DNA from: Trypanosoma brucei
Lineage: Eukaryota
Direction of reading: 5' to 3'
Length of the DNA: 64,000 nucleotides
Assembly: GCA_000002445.1 (NCBI GenBank)
Contig: AE017150.2
Coordinates: 480,001-544,000 of the forward strand
Positions 24,678-37,300 of this stretch are shown here, one piece after another (position 1 is the first letter of the stretch; every line of letters starts with the position of its first letter). A program made the translations under genes and the position numbers. The notes beneath the pieces are model-generated. The model saw only the letters and a program-made list of their open reading frames with translations. It was not told the origin of the DNA and did not search any database.

Positions 24678-26480
24678 CGCGAAAGAGGGTCGCCCGCGGT
24701 TGCAAACCAAAGCTTAACTTCTAAAGGCAGGTGTCTTCGTTCTGCACACACAAAAACAAATGGCACCGCACGCCTAAGTCAGTTACCACCAAACAGCTGA
24801 TGTGTGACCACAATTTTTGTATCTACCTCACCCCACTTCCCACCTACGGACGAATTACCACAAAAATGTCACCTACGACTTTGGGTTCGAGAGGGTCAGT
24901 CTGAAAAAGGAAGACAAACGAGTAAAAATAAGAGAGAAGTGATGGAAACAAGGAAGAAAAGCGATTAAAAGGTAGTGGCTCCGAAGTGCACTTTACTCAT
25001 GCACATCTCAGGCCATTTCCCCTATTTACTGCCCCCAGAAATGCAAAGTCACGCTCCCAGAGCTCCCAGAGAACCCGAGTCTCTGGAATAAACAACGGCA
25101 CGCATACCAGAACACGGGATAACCATCGACCATTCGTTACTGCTCGCAGAAGCAACAAGCACCACTTCCCCACTCGTTACTGTGACCCATCCACTTCACT
25201 GACATTTGTACCAGTGAGGATTGCCGCTTTTAACAAAAGTGGCAAGGATACCGTACCGCACTGAGGACGTTGCCACACATAACCGAACTCCGAAGAGCTT
25301 TTTCCTTTTAATTATTCCTGACCGCAGTGACGACTGTGGCAAATACAATCGTACTTCATACAACAGAGGCGGCAAAGCGGGGCGCTGGGTTTTGGCAGAC
25401 TCCCGTTCGGGCAGTCAGTAGCCGTGCTGGTTTGCGTAACACCGGCACGCACGCGGATAAAACAAAAGCCGAGCATGCATAAAGAAGTGGTTGCAAGCCT
25501 TGCACGGCCGCATGCCTCTAAGAACCTGACGATATGGGAGTTTTTTCAGAGGACCCCATCCAATGAGCTCTCTCAGGTGTTGATGTGAAGTTTCCCCCTA
25601 TTATTCCTGTTCCTGTTCGTGTTCCCACTCTTTCCCACATTTTCCATCTGGCTTTGCGCATGAATTCAAGAAAGTGTACACGTATCAATGCGCCGCAGAG
25701 CCGCAACCGCACGGGACCTCACGCAACTGGCACACTGCGGGCATTAGCGCACAAAAGACAACACATCCCCTTCTCGACGTGAACCGCCTCGTCTCACCAA
25801 ACATATGTTAAAACCTTTTTTTTTAACAAAAAGAAAATACGTCGCAGGAGGTGTTCTGAAAAGAATGAGGGAAACAAATATTTCCCTGCTGTATTGCCCA
25901 TTTAGCGACTTCCGCAGAGTTGGTGGGTGCAACAGTAAATCAAGCAAAGATGCGCACGCAGATGTGCGTTGTCCTTGCTGCACACTTCATTGGGGAGATG
26001 CCCATTACAACAACCTGTTTCGTTTAGCTGGGTATATCGATGGCAAGATTTATGATTCTCTCTTGTTCCTTTCCATATTCTTACATCAGAGCAACAAGAG
26101 ATCAGACTGCTAAGAAGAGGGAGTCATGACGGAAAAGTAAGGCATTTATTAGTAACGATAAGGGAGAATACGGGAACATGTCTTACGAGGCAATGCCATA
26201 ACGATCGTCAAGTGACAGTGACAGTGGCACAACGTGTTAGGGAAGGGGGAAACAATCCGTTAATTTGCAGAAATAGCGGACGCCTAACAGGAATACAATC
26301 AACAACAAGTGGGGCCGGGTGGGGAAAGAAATAGTAAAGCGAGCGAAGGGAAAGAAAATAGAAGGGTACACGATTAATAACAAAAGGAAAAAAAAACACC
26401 AACAACTCGAAAATAGAAAGGTGTAAGTGAAAAAAAAGGTAAAACACTAGTTCGCCAACAAGTACAAGCAACACACGGGT

Positions 26481-26720
26481 AGAGGAGGGGGGGGGGGGTA
26501 AACGAACGAACACTTCACACCATACTTGTACTTACATAAGGAAGCACGGCAACCCTTTTGATGGTTTCCACCTGCCAAAACTTTCCCCCAGCACCTACAC
26601 ATTTTTCCCCCTCCCACGCTCCCAGTATCACACTGCATCTCGCCCTTCTCTCCCCTGTGTTCATTCCCATTGCTACAATAGGTGACGGGAAATACATTAG
26701 TAGAGGAGGGGGGGGGGGGG
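26481..26720. repeat. Pair of near-identical G12-13 homopolymer tracts with a shared gtagaggagg prefix, ~220 bp apart (direct repeat)
   Basis: gggtagaggaggggggggggggggtaaacg at 26478-26505 and agtagaggagggggggggggggaggagg at 26700-26728. They are poly-C on the coding (minus) strand of this cluster. Confidence 0.85.
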
Positions 26721-27089
26721 AGGAGGAAGCACACCAAACAAGCAAAACAAACACGGATGGAAGATCAAGGAACAAATTACCCAAGCACACTATTGGGATA
26801 AGTTAGCAAATTAACAAAAAACAAATTTAAGAAGAGATCAAAACTTTTTTAACGGTTAGTTTCACCCACTTTTCTCGAGTCCTTCAGTTCCTTCCCTCAT
26901 TATTCTTTCATAAGCCTGCCTTTTGCTTCCCTACGCTCTTGTCATCATTATCCAATCGCCATTCTCTCCGCTGTTTTGCCCCCTGTTACTTTAATACCGC
27001 TTCAACACATGAATGCACAATATTAACCGCGCTAGCCACAAAAAAAAAAAGTATCCCTAGGAACCTCATGTAAAGGGCACGGGCACTCA

Positions 27090-30000
27090 CTACGATTGCG
27101 CGCTTGGTGAGCCTCTTATGCTGAGGGGTGAAACTTCGCGAGGGCCGGCGCGAGTTGTCGCTTGATGCTGTTCCATACAGCTTAACACGGAAAGTTGCAT
27201 TGACTTGCCGCAGGTACGCGAGCCTATTCCTGTAGCTTGCGACTGGAAGAACGCTGCACCACCACTACCACTGGAGGGTGACGGGCCGGCGACATTGCCT
27301 CCTGGTGCGACGTTTCTAGGCCGTGTGGTTTGGAAGCAACCTGACGAACGCTTGTTGGCGGTTGCTAACACTCCAGCCGTCGCCGACGATGACTGGAAGT
27401 TGGAGCTGCAAGTTGTTGTCCGGTAACGTCTGCCACATACAGGTCGGGCGGTCATTGGTGTAGCAGACTGAGTCGTAGTAACATTACCATTACATCCACC
27501 GCTTACGGCGAGGCGAATTCCAACTTTTGTTGCTTGACCTACAAGGGCAAACGTTAATGATTGCGACGGCTTTGTCCCTGACTCGCCACGGGATGGTGAG
27601 AAGTGACAACCATCGCGCCGTCTGTCCTTCCCCCGTTCGTGAACGGGCGTGTTACGGGGGACATGTTTCTCTGTGGACTTCTCCACGTGAGGCGTGGCTG
27701 CATAAGTGACGGGTGCCCCGGGGGACACGATGGTTGTCGTGGGTGCTTCAAGTGGAACACTCGCGGGAACTGGCACACGTCCGGCTGTTTTTACACACGC
27801 AACTACCGGAGCAGCTGCTCCATTGGAATTGTTCACCTTCCGCGACACAGTAGCAAGGTTCTTCGTGCGATCTTTCCACCGTGCAAATTGCCGACGCCGT
27901 CCACGTTTTTGCTGCTCATTTTGTTTTGAGGGTGAGGTTAATTCCTTACTATCTGCTAAGCCAAGCGTACTATGGCTTTGATTTAGCTTTATGGAGATCT
28001 TCCCGGAATCCTGGACCATGAGCTTTTGGAGTAGCGACGCCACCACACTCGTCGTGCGATGATAAGAAAGCGTTGTCGAGCGTGGGGTTCGTTTAAGAAG
28101 CACGTGAGGTGCAGATCGTGTCCCTTTGCTTGATCCCCACGAACGGCGGCAGCTACCCCCGCTGTTGGGTAGATGGTCTTCGGGTTCAATCGAGCCGAGT
28201 GCTGGTAGCAGCATCTTGTGATCATCGTTGTATCTGTCATCATCAGGGCTTGCCTCACCGGTAGTTCCTCTGTTTGAAGAATCACAGTAGCTGACAATAC
28301 TGTATTCGTTCACATCATTCAGTTCCCCAGTCGGCTCGCATGCAGCTCGTTCACCGTCACTGGAAACCTTACCGCTTTCCTTGACGATATTGTTATCTAA
28401 CGTCCTGCTACTGCTAGGGGTGGACAGAGACCGAAGTGATCTTCCTGTTTGATTCCCTACGCGGGGTGTAATGGTGAGGTCAACTTCAGCTGCAGTACGG
28501 GATCTCTTGGACTTCTCAACGTTAGGGCTCATACTGGCCGGACTATAGGCTGTGCAATCGTCATTGGTGCTACTGCCGCTCCCACTGGTAGCGTGTGGAG
28601 CCCTCCTTGGCTTGTGCTTCTCCGCGCGCGCATCCCCCGTGCCCGTTGCTGCGCTTTGCTGGTTCTGCTGGTGCTGCTTCCGCTCTTCAAGCGCCTCAAA
28701 GTTAGTAACACGGATCTGCTCGAGTTGCTCGAGCCGTTCAGCCAAGTTCCAACCATCACCCGCAGCGCTACTGCCCCCGGCTAAACGCTTTGACCGCTTG
28801 TATGAACTTCTCGAAGCACAGCGCCGTGAAGTACGCCATCTAGACATGAGTGGGGCAAAGAGCCGCTGTCGGTGCTGCATTGAGTGGTGCGACTGGAACC
28901 GGCTATCGGGCTCACCAAAGTCATCACCACTACCCTCTCCATCGTCTGCGAAATCGTTGAAGTCTTCGTAAAAATCATCACTGCCTTCACCTCCGCTGCT
29001 CAGAGCGACATCTTCATAGTTTCTCTTCAGCGTACGATTTGGCACCGTGGGTGGCCTGTGCATAATTTGAACCGGTGGGGCACTGGGTGCTTTCACATCG
29101 TCAAGTAGCGGTTGTGTATCACGCGGAGAAGACCTATTTAGGGAGGCTAAATTGCCCTTCAGCGAAGGGTCACGTCCCTTTTCGACACGTATGTCCGAAT
29201 CCATGCTCTCCGATGGGTGCGGAAATATATCGCTTTCACCACTTCCCACCCTCGCATGAGTTGAAAGACTCCGCTGCTGTTGGATACAAGCCAACGAGTC
29301 TACGCTATGCATCGAGGATGTGCCATGCTCCTTCCCTCCATCAAGCACCCCGGAGCTGTTCCACGTGAAAGTCGAGACCGTTAATTCTCTAGCCTCATCA
29401 CGGCTTCGCGTTAGGGGAAAGTGCTGTTGGTACGTGGTCGGTGAATTTGACATCCTCGACAGATGCTGTGGTGGCGCACTACTGCGTGTTGAGGATCCAC
29501 GTACGGAGATACAAGTTGACGACGGGGTCTCCAGAGCAAGAGACAATGGTCGTGAGAGAGGGGACAATACAACGCTAACTTGACTCCCAGCCCGCTCGCA
29601 GGACGCTGCTCGGTTGGAAACCAGTGGTGTTGCAGACACCAAAGCACCTAATGCAACAGGCGATAACCTAGGTGACGTCGAATTTGAAGCAAATGCGGAA
29701 ACGTACTGTGAGACAGTAATGCCCGTGTCCTGGGTGAGAAAAGTATTGACTCCATCAACTGTTACACTTTCCTGTGAATTAAGCGGCAATTGCTCTTCGC
29801 CTTGTCGGTAGGACTCCTCTGTTCCATTGAAGTCGTGCGACACCGTTTTTTCCCCGTCGTATTTCATCTCGCGATACCGCGAGACCTGATCGACACATGG
29901 GTATGTGAAACTGACGTTACCTATCTGGTGCAGCGAAAGTGATGTCGTGTTGTTCGCAGATGAGTCACCATCCCCTTCCATAAGGTCCAGCAAGTTTTCG

Positions 30001-30263
30001 GTTCCTTTCCGCTTTCCTGTAGCGGCTGCTGGCTCTACCCCCATGGCAGATGACTCAGCACCTGATTTAGCTGGTTCCTCTCCCTCGTGTTCTAAGAGGG
30101 AGTGAAAGCGAGGGCCAGCGTCTGATTTGGGCGACGAAACGTGCCCTACGTTAGTCCCGACATACAAATCAAACGCCAACTGGGGATCACCTTCCGTAGA
30201 AACCCTGTCAATTAGAGGATGTTCTTTGTCATTCGCAGAGGACGGATTCCTCTTTCGAGGCAT
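27090..30263 (-). CDS. Hypothetical Ser-rich low-complexity protein, ~1057 aa; first gene of the minus-strand cluster
   Basis: The ORF-track start at 30275 is TTG, and the first ATG is at 30261-30263 (MPRKRNPSSANDKEH). A very long ORF with Ser/Thr/Gly-rich disordered composition. No domain recognised. Confidence 0.5.
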   Translation of the reverse strand: MPRKRNPSSANDKEHPLIDRVSTEGDPQLAFDLYVGTNVGHVSSPKSDAGPRFHSLLEHEGEEPAKSGAESSAMGVEPAAATGKRKGTENLLDLMEGDGDSSANNTTSLSLHQIGNVSFTYPCVDQVSRYREMKYDGEKTVSHDFNGTEESYRQGEEQLPLNSQESVTVDGVNTFLTQDTGITVSQYVSAFASNSTSPRLSPVALGALVSATPLVSNRAASCERAGSQVSVVLSPLSRPLSLALETPSSTCISVRGSSTRSSAPPQHLSRMSNSPTTYQQHFPLTRSRDEARELTVSTFTWNSSGVLDGGKEHGTSSMHSVDSLACIQQQRSLSTHARVGSGESDIFPHPSESMDSDIRVEKGRDPSLKGNLASLNRSSPRDTQPLLDDVKAPSAPPVQIMHRPPTVPNRTLKRNYEDVALSSGGEGSDDFYEDFNDFADDGEGSGDDFGEPDSRFQSHHSMQHRQRLFAPLMSRWRTSRRCASRSSYKRSKRLAGGSSAAGDGWNLAERLEQLEQIRVTNFEALEERKQHQQNQQSAATGTGDARAEKHKPRRAPHATSGSGSSTNDDCTAYSPASMSPNVEKSKRSRTAAEVDLTITPRVGNQTGRSLRSLSTPSSSRTLDNNIVKESGKVSSDGERAACEPTGELNDVNEYSIVSYCDSSNRGTTGEASPDDDRYNDDHKMLLPALGSIEPEDHLPNSGGSCRRSWGSSKGTRSAPHVLLKRTPRSTTLSYHRTTSVVASLLQKLMVQDSGKISIKLNQSHSTLGLADSKELTSPSKQNEQQKRGRRRQFARWKDRTKNLATVSRKVNNSNGAAAPVVACVKTAGRVPVPASVPLEAPTTTIVSPGAPVTYAATPHVEKSTEKHVPRNTPVHERGKDRRRDGCHFSPSRGESGTKPSQSLTFALVGQATKVGIRLAVSGGCNGNVTTTQSATPMTARPVCGRRYRTTTCSSNFQSSSATAGVLATANKRSSGCFQTTRPRNVAPGGNVAGPSPSSGSGGAAFFQSQATGIGSRTCGKSMQLSVLSCMEQHQATTRAGPREVSPLSIRGSPSAQS

Positions 30264-33200
30264 GTGACTGTACAAATAATAAGGGACAACCTCTTGCCGG
30301 AGGTGGCAGCAACAACACTATAATCGCTTTTCTTCCTGTCTATTAAGGTACACCAAAGAAATCTGTCGCAACACAGCCTAATTTGAACGTAGAACCGGAG
30401 GCTTACCACCCAACGTCACGCGCTTCCGTATATATATTTTGTGCCGTATACGAGGGTGGTAAAAGGGTGAAGGGGATCAAATCAGCGACAGTGACTGTAA
30501 TATACAATATCTTGTTACCCCTAGAACCCACTCCCCCCTCCTTCAGGCCTGCAAGTACAAATGCTTAAACTTTGCGCTTTACAAACGCTTAGCTGGATCC
30601 GAGATCCTCTTCCCTTAATACCTCCTACGCTATACAAAAGCTATAGGGTGCAAAACTTACGACTTTTTGCTGCTGACGTGTTGAACAAAAAATGAAAGGT
30701 GCATAGAGAAGACATCGACTTGCAGTGTTCGAAGAAAGATATTGTTAAAAAACAGTTGACTCATTTTATATTTTAGAATACTCCCCACGTGCATATTCTG
30801 CGCTCTTGCCAGTGCGGTGATACGACCAAAAACCCACAATAAGTCACAACACAGACCATCTGATGTGACGAGACATCAATGTCCTGACCCTGTGTAGAAA
30901 CAACAGGGTCGGGTGTTTGACCACTAGTCTCTCAAAACTCCTCCAAGCAATGACACGGAACACAAATGAACAGTTGGAACGGTTGAACACATCAGCTCTT
31001 CTACCCAACATATATTTCATATGAGCAAGTGTCCAGTAATTCACTCAGTAGTTAGGCCGCGGCTGTTGAGACGAAAGAGCTCCTTATCCAACCGATCGTT
31101 CCGTTGATAAAGAGGAAACATTCTACCTTGAGATGCCGCTAGTGATCCTGGTCGGCTGGGACGCCCCTTTTGCGCAGGATATAGTTGACCCCTTATATGG
31201 AATGTATAGTTCAACGGCCGGTAAAGAGCAGCGGCATACGCAGGATTCAATTGAAGCGCAGCCGCTGCCTCATCCATATTGAAGCGACCTCGACGGTCAC
31301 GCGAGCCTAGAGGGTAGTCACGCCAGCTGCTCCACAAAAATCGTGTCCTCTGGTACATTTAACTAAGCTAGCGCAGACGTTAGGATATTTGAGCGACACC
31401 CCTTACGATGTACAGTCCGTCAGGGAAACCCAATTCTATTACACTTCCCTGGATTTACCAAGTACACGACACCTATGTTCACCCTAAGAGTCCCAGAGAA
31501 GTACAGAGCACAGTGGAAGGACTTGTTAAATGTTAAGAACAGTAAGAAGACCGTCGTATCGTCATCAAGCGGAACGCACGTGGGGTAATGCAAAGACCAG
31601 GGTAAGGGTAAACAGAGCCTGAACAGCTATTTCGAGACAGCTTTTCAACTCAATAACAATACATCGACGTACAGACACCACCAATGGCCCCCCCTGGTAG
31701 CAGAGTCACGACTGCAAACAACAGGAGAAGTTCCAACACTGTCAATCATTAGGGGAGAGGGCAAGTAGACCGACCGTAAAATCTACAGCATGTAACGCCG
31801 TACGGTCGATGCAACGTATCGTTCACACTAGGAAGAGGATCTGAATCCAATGAGGAACACCCGCCAACAGCATCACGCGGGGTAAAGCCCATCAAACCAT
31901 AGTCCAAGATGGCAATGATGCCAGCGCCAGCAGAGACGCGCAAGCCAACCACACACTTGATTAGTTTCAGAGAAGTCAGGTCTTCCAAAGGCATGTTACA
32001 GGTCACAGCAGCTGCGACGCGGGAAGGGAGGTACCAAGGAGCTCACGGCGGACATTTTTTACCACCAATAAACAATTAATCAAAACTGGCCATACAGACA
32101 AACAGAGCCATTACAACCAGTAGCATGCTGCCTGACAGCGGAAGACAGCAATACAAGGGCAATCACAAATTTAAACAGAAGCGCGTATCTCCACAAAAAG
32201 ACACATCATCAGGATGTCATCCAAGCAGTCATGAAAGCAGCTTCGAGAGAGTAAAGGAAATAGCAATTCGAAAACCCCCATGCAGCGAGTTAAGCGGGGA
32301 ATAATGCTGTGGTATGCAGGAAATGGGGTTGAGACAAACAGATCCATCCAAAGCGGTAGTAAACAATGGAAGAGCAGGGACACTGCATGCCCAGTAAAGG
32401 TTGCCTTAAACATACTACTGGTGTATAAAAAACAATACAATATACAACACTGTGGTCGGTTACGTTTACATTATTCGCTACCAACGGTGAACCGACGCCG
32501 ATAGACGATCAATGACTAGAACTCGGCTAAAAGTAGTGCCAACTAGGGAACATACCCACCAAATAGACGTCATCAAACAAGCAAACACGAAGAGTGTGGC
32601 ATACGGTGAGAAGTGACGGCCGCTGCGCCGTCATGCCATCCAACTAAAGGAGTGTTGAAAGGCACTTTGGAACATGGTCGATCGCAGAAAAGAAGGGTTC
32701 TTTTATCCCATCTGTTAGTGTTTCCTGCAGAGCAGAATATGCGGGAATACAGACAGCAGCTTGGTATCCGACTGCAGTTAGTTGGCAGAAGCGACCTCAG
32801 ATACTTGATTGAGGCGGTCTCGCAGGATGCAGTGAGAAACTATCGCTTAAGGAGTCAGCTCCACTTTCCACCAAGAAACTGTCAACCCACATCCCGTCAC
32901 TTCGTAACAACGGTGCTGTGGAAGACAGTACCAAATCTTCACTGCCACTAAAAAAATGCACGGAAAGAGAGAGAGGCCTCTGTAGCCGTTTCAACTTTGT
33001 CGATGCCATCAATGCTACTTTCAAACCTGGCGGTACAGAATACTACCAATAAACTCAGCATATTCACGACATTTCTTAACCACAAGCAATATTTCACTGC
33101 TTAGTGCCAGCATTAAAGCATCCCTCTGGCCTTAAATATCGTGCGTTGCCGCACCTTCGTTCTTGGTTATGCAGTAGCACTCAACTTCTGCTGCCCTGAC

Positions 33201-34300
33201 CCACCCTGGTGGCCCAGAACACAAAACAAATGGCGCTCTCTTAGTGCGGCTACTTGCTGTGCGTGAAGGTATACTCGTTCTGCGGACTGCCGTTTCATCG
33301 GATTGTTTCCATGAGGTTGCAACACTTCCATTGCCGCATTTTCCACAATTTTATTCGCTTGCTGTCGTCTCTATTGACGATACTGTGCTCGATCGATGTG
33401 GTCGTCAGCAGCTGGAGTACTCAAGCCATGTGCCTTCCTGAAGCGCGACGTGGAAGGCGCCTGCACGAACACACACACCGGTCAACTACGGCCCACCAAA
33501 ACTCTCTCTTATTCGATCGCATGCTCTTTCACGAGAAGTGGTGCAGCATTTCTACACTTCCAACTGTACTCCGCTTTAGGTAGAAACAACGATGTGCGGC
33601 CGCGTTAAGGTCATTGTCACAGCGAAATGAAGTTGCCCCATCGAACGGGTTGTAGATTGCAGTAGCAACGGGTGCCAAAAGCGCCACGAAGTTAACTTCA
33701 CGAGGGGAAGGAAACGAGTTAAGTCCCTCAAGCTTTTCACTGCCTGCCCGCAGGGTTGTTTCCGCTGAAAAAGAGGGTTCGAACGCCGACCCCGCGGTTC
33801 AGCCTTTACTTTTTGCTGCAACAGGCGTCAAAAACTGATGCAATAACTCATTTGGAACTTCGAGCGGGTTGAACGCGGTGGCTAACAGAAGGCGAAGGCA
33901 ACCGGCTTACGTGTATCAAGCGCCAGATGGGCACCACCCAGTTTCCTTATCCCACATACCAACGATCCATTGACGCACTTCGGTGCAACAGGTCACTCGC
34001 GCTCATTTTGCCATTGCTTCGTCCGCGCTGCACAAGACGCTTACAACAGGAATCGTTCCTTACTTACCTTTCCATACGTTTAGTCCACGCATACCTTGGC
34101 GGGGCCTTTTCCACCCACTTTCTCAAATGTGTCAGCGTCCCCGATTGACCGTCTAACCCCACCTTGGCCTCTTCTTTGTCTTGTCCCCCTTTACATGCGC
34201 TTGGGTTCTGTGCGTTGGCATGTCATCCGTTGCAGCACTGAGCCTGTTCTAACTGGCAGAAGCGCCGCCCGCTGCACTTTCTGACTCTATCGCAGCTTTT
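30264..34300 (-). promoter_or_regulatory. Left half of the divergent strand-switch region; A+C-rich on the plus strand (G+T-rich in the direction of minus-strand transcription); putative dispersed Pol II start zone for the minus-strand cluster
   Basis: No ORF over ~105 aa on either strand. The composition is the reverse of the right half. The position lies between divergently oriented first genes. GT-rich start regions are described for T. brucei Pol II units. Confidence 0.45.
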
Positions 34301-37300
34301 GATATCACAGCTCCAGCCGACGTAGACCCTCGGTCCTTGCTGTTTGGATTCATGCATTTCGTGGGTAAGGGTCGCAGGACTTCTGCGCCTGGTTTCAAAT
34401 CTTCCAGCCTAAACAGCTTGGAGCGGCGGCGTTCCAGTCGTCCCCAAGGCGCCAACCCTCGCACCGCATCCTCACTTACCCCGCAGCCAGTGTGAGATAA
34501 CACAAGGGGCTCGTACTGTAGCAGTAGGGGAAGTTCCTTGCACTTTATGTATTAGTTGCTGCTCGGCTCTCCCTTGTGTGTCCGCCCCTCTGCTGCGTAT
34601 GTTTGTCTAGGGAATTTTGTCCCATACGTGTTGTCTGCGGCGCAGTCGTCGCGGTGCCCTTTGTGCCAGCGTTGACGAAAGGAACGTTTCATCACCCACA
34701 GCCTCTTTTATCATATCGTCGGTCGGGTGCTTATTGTTGGTGTGCGACGGAGTCCACGGTGTGTGGGCACACTTCCTCTGAGGCCGGCTGCGTCTGTACC
34801 ATGGCCCGCTCTTTGGCCAAGGAGCACCGGTTTGCTGTAAATTATGCGCAGTTTACGCCGTTGCGTCATGGTTGGAGGTTGCCAGCTCCTGTTGCCGTCG
34901 GTCTGGTGCCTTTCGTCGTCTTAAAAATCGTCTGCGTCTCAGGGGGCCGGCTTCGCTGTTTTTTGATTTGGTCTCGCTGTGGGGCTACCGGGCCCTTTGG
35001 GTGCAGTATATGTGATATTTCCTCCAGTCCGCGCTCCGCGAGCTTGTTTGATGGGTATGGCGTTGCCTGCGCCCTCTTGTCCGTAGGCATTGGTGCCCTC
35101 CCTTGTCACGGCGGCTGGCCACCTTCGCTACATACGTTGTGATTGTTTAGTGCTTCAGGTTCTGCAGTATATCAAGGTCTGGGCTGGGTTATGCGGGCGC
35201 GGCCTCGTTTGTGCGGCGTCCGACTCGATTGGGCCACTTGGGGTGCGTGGAGCCGCGTACGATATATGGTGGTTTGCTTAGTAAGGATCGTCGTGCCTCC
35301 TTTTAAGTATTTCTAGCGGTCAGCCCCATACAGCGCCTTCGTGGTTGCCTGGAGAAACCACCATCGGCTTTGTGCACGTTCTTGGCGCAGCTCTCTGCGT
35401 GTGTTCCTGGAAGGCGTGTGTTTGGCGTATCATGTCTTTGAGCAGTTGTTCGTTTGTCTTGGGGACTTTGACTGCAACTTTGGCAAATGTGCTCTTTCCT
35501 TTTGGTGGCATTTTTTTTGTATATCTCTGGGCCGGATGTTGTACTTCTACTTTGCTTTTTCTTCCCCCATGGCAGTCGTTTTAAGACTTGACTGAGGAGA
35601 TTGACCTCGTGCGCTTGGTAGTTTCTTAGTGACCTGTTTTCTAATTGTTGAATGGCTTTCTCTTACCCAGATGTGTGCGTTGTGACAGCGAGCGGCTGTT
35701 ACATTATGATGAAGTCGTTGTTTCCTTAGAAGTGAATCACGAGATGGACTCCCGACTGAACCATTTTGGTGGAGTCGAGATGTTCTTTATTTTAAATTAT
35801 TTTTATCAATCTTTTCTTTTGCCGACTCGCAGCACTTGTACTACTCGTGCTTGCGGACTCTAGGAAAGAGGGGAAATTTCGTTTCGGGTTGTTCTGTAGA
35901 AGATTGTACGATAGCATCCTAAATATTCCTTATGGCTGTTGGGTAACCGCCATGGTGCATTGTTTTGTGTGATTAAAAGCGCATTGATCTCCGCAGTGTT
36001 CTCTATTTCTTGTTTTGGTTAATAATGCCTCCTTTTTGTTGTACCCGTGGCTTTTTTTGTTTGAGAGGGATTTAACGCTTTTTTCCACAGTGTGTACTGT
36101 CGTGTGTGTGTGAAAGCCGACGTTCCACCATTGCCCCCGTGATGTGACCTCCGTTTTCCCCCTTTGAGAGCATTATGTGCACATTTGCGGGGAGTCAACG
36201 TTTTTTTGGCGTGGGTAAATGTTTAGGTGTAAATATTTTGGTATTGCGATTGAAGGACGGAGGTTGCCTCGCTGTGTTCGGAAGCCTGATTTACACTGTC
36301 AACAACTTACAGGACCCTCAATAGTCGTCGGAGTGCGTGACCAAGCTACAGTGCACGCCTTTTGCTGTTGTACTTCCTTGTATTGCAGGGCAACCAGGAT
36401 ACTTACACGGTTTAGTAGACAGCCCTTTGTGTGGCGTGTGACAGAGGGCTGAAAAGCTACCTTCGATCCGTTTTGAAGGAATGGACGTGCTTCACGGAGG
36501 GTTTCGTCTTTTAAATCCCCCTTTCGAACTCGTTTAAAGCTTTTTCCATAGAGTGTTATGTTGCCCTTGCTATGCTTCTTTTATTACTTTTACCGGCAGT
36601 GGTATGCGTTTTATCTTTTCTCCTTTAGTGACTTCCGCTCCTACGTAGCGTGGGGAAGTTACAGTATCTTCATAATGTGTGGATATGGTGGTTGCTTTTC
36701 TTTCAAATCTTTTCCGTTAGGCATGTGTCTCGGTTTTTTCGTCGTGCCTCTGAGTGCGATCGCTGTTGCCACTATTTCCAATCCTTTTCAAAAGCCGAAT
36801 GAAATAATTGGTCGTGCTGTTTGCACTTTTCCTGTATGCATAGGTCGCTAACAACCTACTAACCCCTTGTCATCTCGTTTGTGTTGCAGTGTAAAACTTG
36901 CTGTGTTGGTGCTCGGTCTGTGATTGCGGCTGCTGGCCCGTTTGCTTCACTAACTGGTGACGGCTGTCGGGACACACATGCCGAGGAGTAAACGTATAAG
37001 CTTGTATCTTGTTTTGTGCTTTCGGAATTTTCGTGAATTCCTTTCTTCCTTTCGCACCTTCTCTGACTATTTTCCTCTATTGTGTTCCAACAGCACCGAG
37101 AAGAGGTGTTGCTGCAACTCCCTGCATGCACATGGACGACGGCGTTGTTTTTCTTTTCCATCAATATTCTTCCAGTGGTATTTCTCCGCTCGGACCGTGG
37201 TTGTATTTGGTTGTACTGAAAGGTGATGGAGGTTACACACACCACTCTTTTGTATAGTTATGTAACCGTGGCAACTGCGGGGAGCCCTGCTGGTAATTTG

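Noticed and set aside
31041-31358. 105-aa minus-strand ORF and 85-aa ORF (31749-32006) inside the strand-switch region
   Set aside because: No recognisable motifs, no ATG context support, and their length is within chance expectation for complex ~50% GC sequence. They were kept only as part of the candidate non-coding or decayed-gene region finding.
33760-33800. gagggttcgaacgccgacccc resembles a tRNA T-arm (GGTTCGAA-CC box B)
   Set aside because: GGTTCGAACC is simply a self-complementary palindrome. I could not fold acceptor, D or anticodon arms on either strand around it.
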